A DNA stretch of 64,000 nt from an uncultured Flavobacteriaceae bacterium (lineage in GTDB: Bacteria; Bacteroidota; Bacteroidia; Flavobacteriales; Flavobacteriaceae). The notes beneath the pieces are model-generated. The model was not told the origin of the DNA. It saw only the letters and a program-made list of their open reading frames with translations, and did not search any database. The stretch's first letter is position 1. Each line of letters begins with the position of its first letter. The position numbers and the translations under genes are program-made. The stretch lies in assembly GCA_943789295.1 (NCBI GenBank), contig CALSTO010000004.1, forward strand, positions 2,224 through 66,223, in the 5' to 3' direction. This document shows, piece after piece, positions 18,303-26,593 of this stretch.

Positions 18303-19523
18303 CTAAATTTCTTTTAATGCCTGATTTAAATCATTTATAATATCATTTACATTTTCAATACCCACACTTAATCTAATAAGCCCCTTGTTAATTCCCAATT
18401 TTTCTTTTATATCATCGGGAACATCTGCATGAGTCATTGAATGCGGATGTTGAGCTAAACTTTCATTACTGCCAAGGCTTACAGCTAACTTAATTAACTT
18501 GAGCTTGTTTAGAACTCTGAAAGCTTCTTTTTCTCCACCATAAACATCGAAACTTATCATAGCACCAGCACCTTTACATTGTCTTTTAAAAATTTCATTT
18601 TGTTGTGTTCCCATAGACTCAATTCCAGGAAAAGAAACAGCTTTAATTGATTTATGTTTTATTAGAAAATCCACTACCTTTTCTGCATTCTCTCCTTGTT
18701 TAGACATTCTTAAATGTAGAGTTTCAAGACTTCTAGTTAGAAGCCAAGCAGTGTAAGGTGCAATCATACTTCCCAAAAAGGTTCTGAGAGTTTTAATTTG
18801 ACTGATCACACTTTTTGATCCCATAACACACCCAGCAATCACATCGCTATGGCCATTTAAAAATTTTGTTGCAGAATAGCAAACAGCATCTACTCCAAAT
18901 TTTAAAGGACTTTGCCATATTGGACCAAGATATGTATTATCCATAATCAGCATAACATCATTATTTAATTTAGAATTAAGTGTCGATTTAAGCTTGTGTA
19001 ATTCTTCTAAATCGAATAACGTATTTGTTGGATTTGCAGGAGATTCAAAATAGATCATTTTTACTGTACCGGAAAACTCCTTAGTTTTAAGTTGTTTAAG
19101 AATTTCATCATTTTTTGTGGTTGATGAAAATGGCAAAATTTTGACTCCAATATCTTTTAAAAAATGTGTTATAAAATGATGAGTTCCACCATACACAGGA
19201 TTGCCATAAATTAAAACATCACCAGGTTTTAAGTACGAAAGCATAGTGGTTGAAATAGCGCTCATTCCACTTTCAAATGCTGCAGCAGATTCGCTACCCT
19301 CTAGAATCGCTAATCTCTCTTCCAATATTTGCATATTGGGATTGTTAATTCTAGAATATATTAAGCCAATTTCTTCCTTTGCGTTCAGTTCAGATTTTCC
19401 ATAAGCAACTTCAAAAAATCTTTTACCTTCTTCGGCAGTTTTAAAAACAAAAGTTGAAGTTTGAAAAATAGGAGGTTTAACTGAGCCTTCACTCCATTCA
19501 GGAGTGTAACCGTAACTCATCAT
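18303..19523 (-). CDS. Cys/Met-metabolism PLP-dependent enzyme (methionine gamma-lyase / cystathionine gamma-synthase family)
   Basis: PLP-lysine context YSATKFLNGHSD. Start placed at the first ATG (MMSYGY...), whereas the track start at 19541 is TTG. Confidence 0.85.
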   Translation of the reverse strand: MMSYGYTPEWSEGSVKPPIFQTSTFVFKTAEEGKRFFEVAYGKSELNAKEEIGLIYSRINNPNMQILEERLAILEGSESAAAFESGMSAISTTMLSYLKPGDVLIYGNPVYGGTHHFITHFLKDIGVKILPFSSTTKNDEILKQLKTKEFSGTVKMIYFESPANPTNTLFDLEELHKLKSTLNSKLNNDVMLIMDNTYLGPIWQSPLKFGVDAVCYSATKFLNGHSDVIAGCVMGSKSVISQIKTLRTFLGSMIAPYTAWLLTRSLETLHLRMSKQGENAEKVVDFLIKHKSIKAVSFPGIESMGTQQNEIFKRQCKGAGAMISFDVYGGEKEAFRVLNKLKLIKLAVSLGSNESLAQHPHSMTHADVPDDIKEKLGINKGLIRLSVGIENVNDIINDLNQALKEI

Positions 19524-19560
19524 GTGAGATTCTTTGTGCAATTTTTTTTTACTAAGTTAA

Positions 19561-20217
19561 TTATAATCTTTCGGATATTTGATTAAACTTAATTTCATTC
19601 AAACTGGAAATCACAAGGTCAGCATTATCATAATTTTGATTTTTTGAATTATAGCTGTTATAACCCACGCAATATATGCCAGCAGATTTAGCGGCAATAA
19701 TTCCGTTTGTTGAATCTTCAATAACAATACATTCTTTTTTATTGAACCCACTCATTTTAGCAGCTTTTATAAATATTTCTGGATTTGGCTTTGACTCTTT
19801 TAAATCAGCTCCACTAATTTTTGCTTTAAAAAACTTATTCAAGTCAAATTTTTTAAAAATTCTATCAATATTTGTCATAGATGCTGAAGAAGCCAAAATT
19901 AGGGTTACGTTATTATCGAAATAATTTTGAATTAGTTCTAAGGCTCCATCAATCATCTGAAAAGAGGTGTCATTTTCGAAAATAAGCTTAAAGTGTTTTC
20001 TTTTGGACACTACAAGTTCATTTGGGTCTTCATATATATTGAATATTTTACATAATTGTTTGCAAATAGAATGAGTTGATTGACCAGTAAAGGACTCATA
20101 TAAACTGCTTGAAACATCTAATTTAAATTCTTCAAACATTTTATTATATGCCAAATGGTGTAAAGGTTCACTATTTACAATAACTCCATCCATATCAAAG
20201 ATTACAGCTTTTAACAT
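19561..20217 (-). CDS. HAD-superfamily hydrolase (beta-phosphoglucomutase-like subfamily IA)
   Basis: 218 aa. Motif I AVIFDMDGVIV, cap domain, motif IV IEDSTNG. Confidence 0.85.
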   Translation of the reverse strand: MLKAVIFDMDGVIVNSEPLHHLAYNKMFEEFKLDVSSSLYESFTGQSTHSICKQLCKIFNIYEDPNELVVSKRKHFKLIFENDTSFQMIDGALELIQNYFDNNVTLILASSASMTNIDRIFKKFDLNKFFKAKISGADLKESKPNPEIFIKAAKMSGFNKKECIVIEDSTNGIIAAKSAGIYCVGYNSYNSKNQNYDNADLVISSLNEIKFNQISERL

Positions 20218-20263
20218 ATTTTAAAGAAAATTTACTGTTTAGATTAAAAAATAAAATTACAAT

Positions 20264-20297
20264 AAAAAAAGGGGAGCTTTTAAAAAGCTCCCCTTTT
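20264..20297 (-). terminator. rho-independent terminator
   Basis: GGGGAGCTTT-taa-AAAGCTCCCC perfect 10-bp stem. T-run on the minus strand, downstream of the 20317..21105 gene. Confidence 0.6.
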
Positions 20298-20316
20298 AAT
20301 TTGTTCAAAAAACGTG

Positions 20317-21105
20317 TTATTCAAATGATGAATAATCTGTATTTGGGAATAAAGGAGTTAATCCTTTTTCTCCTCCAACACAAAGTGCAACTACTTGTTG
20401 TGCCAATTTACTTTCATCATCATTAAACCTCCAATCAAGATATTTTTGATAGTGGTCATATGATGCCCAGTTTCCGTATACATAATAAGTGTTAGTATCA
20501 TCATTAAAAAATGCTTCTAATGACAAACAACCATCATAATCTTTTGTGGTTTGTAAACCGTCAGCTGTATTTAGTAAATCAATCATAGCTTGTTTTTTCC
20601 CAGGCTTAACTTTAAGCTTTACTAATACAGGAGTTTTTGGCCCAACGGCTTGCATCATTCCTCCAATATCGAAGAAATCACCTTGTGTGATAATCTTTCC
20701 ATCATCATCAAAATTAAAATACCAATATCCTTTTAAGTTTAATTCTTTTCCAGTTACAATGTTTTTACCAGTCCAGGTTCCATAAGTTCTCACACTTCCG
20801 TCTAGCACTCCTTCTGGACTAGATCCAGGAAGCCACACGTTAGCAGTATATTTAATATTTTCAAAACCATCTTGGTAGCCCTTAAGCATAGCTGCATACT
20901 GATCGTAATTTCCAGGTTCTGAACCGTACATTGGAGTAATAATTTCCATGTCTTTACTAACTAATGCTAGTTGACCCTCTAAATCTTCGTCTCCGTGTAG
21001 TTCAAATAATTTTTGAGCAGTAGCTAAATTTGCCTCATATTTTGGATTTGTATTACAGCTAACAAATAGTGCTGCAACAAAAAAAAGTGATAATAATTTT
21101 TTCAT
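20317..21105 (-). CDS. lipoprotein, NTF2/SnoaL-like N-domain plus ABM-like C-domain (hypothetical)
   Basis: 262 aa. Lipobox LFVSC. The C-terminal VLVKLKVKPGKKQAMIDLL... block looks like an antibiotic-biosynthesis-monooxygenase-type ferredoxin fold. Assignment is tentative. Confidence 0.5.
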   Translation of the reverse strand: MKKLLSLFFVAALFVSCNTNPKYEANLATAQKLFELHGDEDLEGQLALVSKDMEIITPMYGSEPGNYDQYAAMLKGYQDGFENIKYTANVWLPGSSPEGVLDGSVRTYGTWTGKNIVTGKELNLKGYWYFNFDDDGKIITQGDFFDIGGMMQAVGPKTPVLVKLKVKPGKKQAMIDLLNTADGLQTTKDYDGCLSLEAFFNDDTNTYYVYGNWASYDHYQKYLDWRFNDDESKLAQQVVALCVGGEKGLTPLFPNTDYSSFE

Positions 21106-21174
21106 ATAATATAATTTTAAATTAGAAATTTAAATTTAATAAAAATTCTTTAAAGAATGTTTTTAAAAATTAAT

Positions 21175-22230
21175 TTATTTAATATCTCCTAGGTATGAAT
21201 CTAACTCTTCTTTAGTCATAGATATAATACCAGATTTCGGCAATCTATAAATTAACTTTTTCCAATTAGAATTTTTTTCAAAGATTATTTTAAAAATTTT
21301 TTTAGCATTTTCTTTTTTGCCATTATTTAAAAGTGCGATCGCTTTCCAAAAACTCATTTCATGATTATTTGGAAATAGATTTTGAGCTTTTCCGTATTCA
21401 ATCAATGCTTTTTCCATGTCGTTTTCTTCAAGTGCAAGATCTCCTTCGTTCATATGTTCATATGCTCTATGCACTTTTAAAAGTCTTTTAATTTCTTTTA
21501 TTGGATCCTCACTATCGTCAACTCTTAAGTCTATTTTTTTATCCTCCCAAACGTTTTTAGTTTTCTCTTTGCCTACAACAATAATTGCAGCAGATTGCTT
21601 CCCCCTTATATCTCCTCCCGCACTTTCAGCGGCTTCAAATACCTTAATAATTCTTTCAGCGAGCGGAAGATTAGAATTTTCTAAAAATGCTTTTTTCATG
21701 TAAGGAATAACTTTGTCATTTAACATCATATTGGCTTGAACAGAAAAATTTTCACCAACATAATGTCCAGCACTCTCAATACAGTTATTTCCAGTAAATG
21801 CATTAACTGAACCATTTATGTCAAGCATTGCAGCTTGTCTGAAGTCTCTTCCTTCATCTTCGTCAGTTAACTGTTTTAATACATTTTTTGCAGTAATTCC
21901 ACTTTCCATTAATTCTAAACCTTTTGGTCCATAACTAGGATTTACAAACGATTGAGTTGCAACAACTCCGACACCTGATTTACCCCAACTAACTAAAGTT
22001 CCTACAGAAAACCAATGACTTTGAACTCCAACTGCCATTTCACCTGTTTTTGCATCTTTGGCAACTATTGAATAGGTGTGAGCAAACTTGTCAGAGTAAG
22101 GATTAGTTTGACCATTAGATAAAAAAGGAATAGTTAATAATACAATTAACACAACCTTTTTTATAATTCCAAAAATAATAATCAGTTTAAAGTTTTTGTT
22201 TTTTAGAAATTCTCCAAATATTTTTTTCAT
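21175..22230 (-). CDS. DUF1028 (Ntn-hydrolase-like) protein with C-terminal TPR
   Basis: 351 aa. HTYSIVAKD after the signal/anchor matches the DUF1028 N-terminal T/S-nucleophile context. C-terminal TPR-like helices. Confidence 0.65.
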   Translation of the reverse strand: MKKIFGEFLKNKNFKLIIIFGIIKKVVLIVLLTIPFLSNGQTNPYSDKFAHTYSIVAKDAKTGEMAVGVQSHWFSVGTLVSWGKSGVGVVATQSFVNPSYGPKGLELMESGITAKNVLKQLTDEDEGRDFRQAAMLDINGSVNAFTGNNCIESAGHYVGENFSVQANMMLNDKVIPYMKKAFLENSNLPLAERIIKVFEAAESAGGDIRGKQSAAIIVVGKEKTKNVWEDKKIDLRVDDSEDPIKEIKRLLKVHRAYEHMNEGDLALEENDMEKALIEYGKAQNLFPNNHEMSFWKAIALLNNGKKENAKKIFKIIFEKNSNWKKLIYRLPKSGIISMTKEELDSYLGDIK

Positions 22231-22247
22231 AAATAATTTATTTAAAT

Positions 22248-22526
22248 TTAATATCCTACACCAGTTCCTCCGCCGTCATAGCTGTTTAATTCTTTTACTA
22301 ATATTTCGTTTCGACATTTTTTACATCGCTTTTTTTTAACAGTTCCAGAGTATTTTTCTGAATGAAATATCTTTTGCCATTTTGTTTTGTTCTTTGTTCC
22401 CTCAATTAAAGTTTCATCGTGAAAAGTTTCTACTACTTTATATGGGAACCAGGCTTTACACAGGTCATTTGAACATCTAAAAAAAGCTTTCCATTGCCCG
22501 CTGTCAAAACTTTGTGTTTTTTTCAT
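22248..22526 (-). CDS. hypothetical zinc-ribbon-like protein
   Basis: Start moved to the internal ATG (MKKTQSFD...). Cys pairs CSNDLC ... CKKC. No family recognised. Confidence 0.35.
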   Translation of the reverse strand: MKKTQSFDSGQWKAFFRCSNDLCKAWFPYKVVETFHDETLIEGTKNKTKWQKIFHSEKYSGTVKKKRCKKCRNEILVKELNSYDGGGTGVGY

Positions 22527-22583
22527 ATGCAAGTAAATATAATATCTAAATGAGTTATTTTTATCTTTTTGAAACAATTATTT

Positions 22584-23000
22584 ATGGAAAAAGAATTTAA
22601 AAAGCTACTTGAGTACTGGGAAAATAACGAGGGAACAGCAAAACTCTTTAATTTTAAATTTATTGAATATAAAAAGGGCTATTTAAAATTAGAAGCGGAA
22701 TTTGGTCCATCAACATTAAATCCCAATAAAAATGTTCAAGGGGGACAAATGACTTCAATGCTTGACGATGCTACTAGTATTCTAGTTGTGTTAGATACTG
22801 GTGGTAAAAGCTACCCCAATTCCACAAACCTTCACAGCCTTCATCATCGACCTCTTTTTCAAGAAAAGGTTACAGTCGTTGCTGAAACTATTAAAATCGG
22901 TAATAGCATAGCAACTCTCAAAGGAGAGATTTATAATTCAGAAAATAAATTAGCAACCACATTAATGCACACTGTGTTTTTATTTAAAACCGAAAAATAA
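22584..23000 (+). CDS. PaaI-family hotdog thioesterase
   Basis: First ATG is MEKEFKK.... The NVQGGQMTSMLDDA block is typical of PaaI/YbgC-like thioesterases. Confidence 0.7.
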   Translation: MEKEFKKLLEYWENNEGTAKLFNFKFIEYKKGYLKLEAEFGPSTLNPNKNVQGGQMTSMLDDATSILVVLDTGGKSYPNSTNLHSLHHRPLFQEKVTVVAETIKIGNSIATLKGEIYNSENKLATTLMHTVFLFKTEK

Positions 23001-23002
23001 TT

Positions 23003-23146
23003 ATGAAATACTATTTGAAAAATATAGGATTTACTCTAGTATTAATCGGACTAGTTTTGGGAATGTTTGATTTTTTATTAGAAAATTATTTAGTGATACT
23101 AATTCTTGGATTACTAGCAATTTTGGGCTCAAAATTTATTAAATAA
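23003..23146 (+). CDS. 47-aa two-TM membrane peptide (hypothetical, not in track)
   Basis: Own translation: MKYYLKNIGFTLVLIGLVLGMFDFLLENYLVILILGLLAILGSKFIK. Starts 2 nt after the thioesterase stop. Confidence 0.35.
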   Translation: MKYYLKNIGFTLVLIGLVLGMFDFLLENYLVILILGLLAILGSKFIK

Positions 23147-23149
23147 ATA

Positions 23150-24040
23150 TCAATTCATTTCTAAACTTTTATCAAAAAGGTCATAAAATATTTTTGATCT
23201 ATCTTCTTTTTCAAGCCATGGGAAATGACCACAATTCTCAATAAAAGTATAGTTAAGTTGTGGTAAAACTTCTTTTGCTTCATAAACAACAGATTCACCT
23301 ACCGGATCTTGTCTACCTGTAATTAGATCAATAGGTCCAGTATATTTTTTTAATTTTTCAACTCTTTCTTCACTTCTGTTTCTCCAATCTCCAGAAGCTA
23401 AAGAGTTAATTCCTCCCTGATTACTAAATTTATAATCCAATGGAGGTCTAGATTTCAATGCCATTTCTCTGTTAAAAAAGTAACCAGGCCAAATAGCAAC
23501 TAAAGTAGATCGTTTATTATCAATCTGAGATTGATAAAGTTCTAAATCTTCAGGAAATAGTCTCATATTAATATTACTACCAAACCAAGTATAGAACTTA
23601 CCTGTTACCCCTCCTGTGTTTAATAATATAATTTTTTCAATTTTTTCCGGCTCATTAGCAGCATAGGAAAAACTTAACATTCCTCCCCAAGAGTGTCCAA
23701 CTAATATTAATTTTTCGTTTCCTAATTCTTTGTATAATCCATTTAAATCTTCAATGTACCTATTAACATTTACAGTTTTTGTATTGACTTTCTCAAGAAT
23801 TGATTTTCCAGTTCCCCTTTGATGCAGAGTTATGCATCTATATTTTTTGGATAAAGTAGAAGAAAACTCTTTTAAATAATCTGGATTTAAACCTGGGCCT
23901 CCCGATAAAAGAATTAAAGTTTGTCCTTGACCATTTTCCTCATAAAATATTTCAGTTCCGTCACTTGATTCAAATGATTTTAAGGTTTGCGAGATACTAA
24001 TTATCGGAATTAGTAATATTAAATAAAGTATTTTTTTCAT
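23150..24040 (-). CDS. alpha/beta hydrolase (proline-iminopeptidase-like)
   Basis: 296 aa. Signal peptide. LSGGPG oxyanion region, GHSWGG nucleophile elbow, C-terminal CGHFP His. Confidence 0.8.
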   Translation of the reverse strand: MKKILYLILLIPIISISQTLKSFESSDGTEIFYEENGQGQTLILLSGGPGLNPDYLKEFSSTLSKKYRCITLHQRGTGKSILEKVNTKTVNVNRYIEDLNGLYKELGNEKLILVGHSWGGMLSFSYAANEPEKIEKIILLNTGGVTGKFYTWFGSNINMRLFPEDLELYQSQIDNKRSTLVAIWPGYFFNREMALKSRPPLDYKFSNQGGINSLASGDWRNRSEERVEKLKKYTGPIDLITGRQDPVGESVVYEAKEVLPQLNYTFIENCGHFPWLEKEDRSKIFYDLFDKSLEMN

Positions 24041-24057
24041 AGTTAAGAAATAGTTGT

Positions 24058-24240
24058 TTATTGTTCAATTGAATTTACATAAAATGATACAATAATATTA
24101 TCAAGAATTTGAATATTGAATTCCAAGGGATTACAACAAGTCTCGCAATCTTCTATAAAAGTTTGATTTGAGACAGAGGGATCAATCATTTTAAGTTGAT
24201 TTTCCCAACAGTGTGGACAGTCAAAATAGGATTCTATCAT
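24058..24240 (-). CDS. CPXCG-motif cysteine-rich protein
   Basis: 60 aa. CPHCWE ... CETCCNPL arrangement is typical of the CPXCG small zinc-binding family. Confidence 0.6.
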   Translation of the reverse strand: MIESYFDCPHCWENQLKMIDPSVSNQTFIEDCETCCNPLEFNIQILDNIIVSFYVNSIEQ

Positions 24241-24317
24241 TAATCACATCTAAATTAAAAAGAATTATGTACAGGTCGTCAAATAAATAAAAGTATTTTT
24301 GAATTCAAATTTAAATA

Positions 24318-24737
24318 ATGAACACATCAATTATTCAAAATATTTTTAGAATTTTATTAGGCTTAATAATGCTTTATATAGGAATTGCACATTTAAGTTT
24401 TAGAAGAATTGAATTCCAAGCACAAGTACCCACTTGGTTAACAACAAATGAGGGTATGATGGATTTAGTAGTATTAATATCAGGATATATAGAAATCGCC
24501 TTTGGAATTCTTATGATACTAGGCGGAAAATTAAAAGTTAAAACCGGGATAGCATTGGGGATTTTTTATGTTTTAATTTTTCCAGGAAATATTAATCAGT
24601 ATATAAACGAAATCGATTCATTAAGACTAGATTCAGACAATAAACGTTTAATTCGTTTATTTTTTCAGCCATTACTTGTATTGTGGGCTTTTTGGTCTTC
24701 AGGAGCGTTGGAATATTTAAAACGCAAATTCAAATAG
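24318..24737 (+). CDS. DoxX-like four-TM membrane protein (hypothetical)
   Basis: 139 aa, four hydrophobic helices. Family assignment is tentative. Confidence 0.5.
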   Translation: MNTSIIQNIFRILLGLIMLYIGIAHLSFRRIEFQAQVPTWLTTNEGMMDLVVLISGYIEIAFGILMILGGKLKVKTGIALGIFYVLIFPGNINQYINEIDSLRLDSDNKRLIRLFFQPLLVLWAFWSSGALEYLKRKFK

Positions 24738-24751
24738 TTTTGGAATTCAAA

Positions 24752-26179
24752 TTAATTTTGATTCATTAATTTTTTTTCAAAAAAGCTATCGTATTCTTTA
24801 TTTATTTCACTTGGAATTATAGCATTAGAATTTTTTCTCCAATCGTTTAGTTTTTTTAGATTTTTATTCAAAATATCAGGCTTCGTTTTAGCTAGATTAT
24901 TTGATTCACCAATATCTTGATTTAAATCATACAGCTCTAAACCTTCATCTTCAAAATAACGATGAAGCTTCCATTTTCCTGAAATTATAACCGATCCAGG
25001 TCTTGTTCTAAATAAAGGATCTCTACCTTGATCCTCTGATTTATTGTATGCTTCTAAATAAATAGGGAAATGAAAGAACAAATCTCTATTTATTTTTGAA
25101 GGAACTTTAAACTGATTTTTTAAACTTATCCCATCAAGAGCCAAAGCTTTGTTTTTGGGATCTACAATATCTTGAACGGTAGGATAAATATCAAGATTAC
25201 TTATGTTATTATTATTAATTCCAGCACTTATTTTTTTTGGCCATCTTAAAACAAATGGTACGCGAATTCCTCCTTCATAGTAACTTCCTTTTCCTGCTTT
25301 TAGCGGGAATTGATTAGAGATTGAGCGAATTCCTCCATTATCAGATGTAAAAATCACTAAAGTGTTTTCTGCTATTTTTAAATCATCTAACGTTTTTAAA
25401 ATTTTACCAATATTTTCATCAACAGAACTTACCATTGCTGCGTACTCAGGGTTGTCTTGACCATTTATACCATTTTTTGAAGTATAATTTTTTATCCAAC
25501 TTTTTTTTCCTTGAATTGGTGTATGTACCGAGTAAAATGAAAGATTAGCAAAAAAGGGTGAAGCTATATTTTTTTTAATAAAAGTAATAGTTTCATTAGT
25601 TAACCTGTCTGTTAAATATTCGCCAGGTTTTTCATTTTTAATAAAATCGATTTTATATGGTGAAAAGTAACCGTCTTTTCCAGGATTTCCTTTATTACTT
25701 CCCCCAATGTTATGATCTATACCCTGTGTTTTAGGATCTTTACCAATATGCCATTTTCCAAAATTCGCAGTAACATAACCTGCAGATTTTAACATTTCAG
25801 GTAGAGTATAAATACTATCATGTAAATATTTTCTATTTTTTGCAGGAATTAGTTTTCTTGTTCTTTTGTCTCCTCTTTCTGCGGATCCAACTGTGTAAAC
25901 GCCATGTCTTGGTGTATTAAGACCTGAAAATAAAGAGGCACGACTAGGAGCACAATTTGCTGCACTAGCATAGGCATTTGTAAATACCATACTTTGTTTT
26001 GCAAATTCATCTAAATAAGGAGTTTCATAATATTGACTGCCCATAAATCCCAAGTCTTTCCAACCAAGGTCATCTACATTAATTAAAATAATGTTAGGAC
26101 GATATGATTTTGAAAAATGATCGGGATTGTTACAGCTAAAAATCAGTAAAAATGAAACTATAAAAAAGATATTTTTCAT
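24752..26179 (-). CDS. S1 sulfatase (arylsulfatase-A-like)
   Basis: INVDDLGWKD metal site, formylglycine motif CAPSRASLFSG, GKWH. Start set at the first ATG (MKNIFF..., lipobox FSC), whereas the track start at 26188 is TTG. Confidence 0.9.
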   Translation of the reverse strand: MKNIFFIVSFLLIFSCNNPDHFSKSYRPNIILINVDDLGWKDLGFMGSQYYETPYLDEFAKQSMVFTNAYASAANCAPSRASLFSGLNTPRHGVYTVGSAERGDKRTRKLIPAKNRKYLHDSIYTLPEMLKSAGYVTANFGKWHIGKDPKTQGIDHNIGGSNKGNPGKDGYFSPYKIDFIKNEKPGEYLTDRLTNETITFIKKNIASPFFANLSFYSVHTPIQGKKSWIKNYTSKNGINGQDNPEYAAMVSSVDENIGKILKTLDDLKIAENTLVIFTSDNGGIRSISNQFPLKAGKGSYYEGGIRVPFVLRWPKKISAGINNNNISNLDIYPTVQDIVDPKNKALALDGISLKNQFKVPSKINRDLFFHFPIYLEAYNKSEDQGRDPLFRTRPGSVIISGKWKLHRYFEDEGLELYDLNQDIGESNNLAKTKPDILNKNLKKLNDWRKNSNAIIPSEINKEYDSFFEKKLMNQN

Positions 26180-26206
26180 TTTTAACAAAAGAGGGTTTGT
26201 TGTGTT

Positions 26207-26383
26207 TTATTTGAGATCTTTATCTGGAATTCGGCCATAATTACCAATTCCATCGTAGTCCATAACATCTGTTTCAATTTTTTCCTCTGTATTTGTATTT
26301 GATTCACGAGGAATAAGTAAAACTCCAATGATAAAGATTGTAAAAACAAGAACGCCAATAAAGAAAATTAATTGAACACTCAT
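26207..26383 (-). CDS. 58-aa single-TM peptide (hypothetical, not in track)
   Basis: Own translation: MSVQLIFFIGVLVFTIFIIGVLLIPRESNTNTEEKIETDVMDYDGIGNYGRIPDKDLK. Its ATG overlaps the stop of the upstream small ORF (ATGA). Confidence 0.35.
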   Translation of the reverse strand: MSVQLIFFIGVLVFTIFIIGVLLIPRESNTNTEEKIETDVMDYDGIGNYGRIPDKDLK

Positions 26384-26544
26384 TTTTTAAATATTTGTTT
26401 AATGTAAGCTCCTGCAGCTAAGATTGACGGAACCCATATTCCAACGTATAACCCTTCTTGTTGTTGTCCTGAAAACCAAAGGGATACAGAAAACAAAAAA
26501 CTAAGAAAGGCAGCTCCTAATATAAAATAATCAGATCTTTTCAT
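26380..26544 (-). CDS. 54-aa two-TM peptide (hypothetical, not in track)
   Basis: Own translation: MKRSDYFILGAAFLSFLFSVSLWFSGQQQEGLYVGIWVPSILAAGAYIKQIFKK. Translationally coupled to the next small ORF. Confidence 0.35.
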   Translation of the reverse strand: MKRSDYFILGAAFLSFLFSVSLWFSGQQQEGLYVGIWVPSILAAGAYIKQIFKK

Positions 26545-26593
26545 ATTTTAAATATAATAATTAAAGAACAAACAAAACGGCATCCATTTGTGC

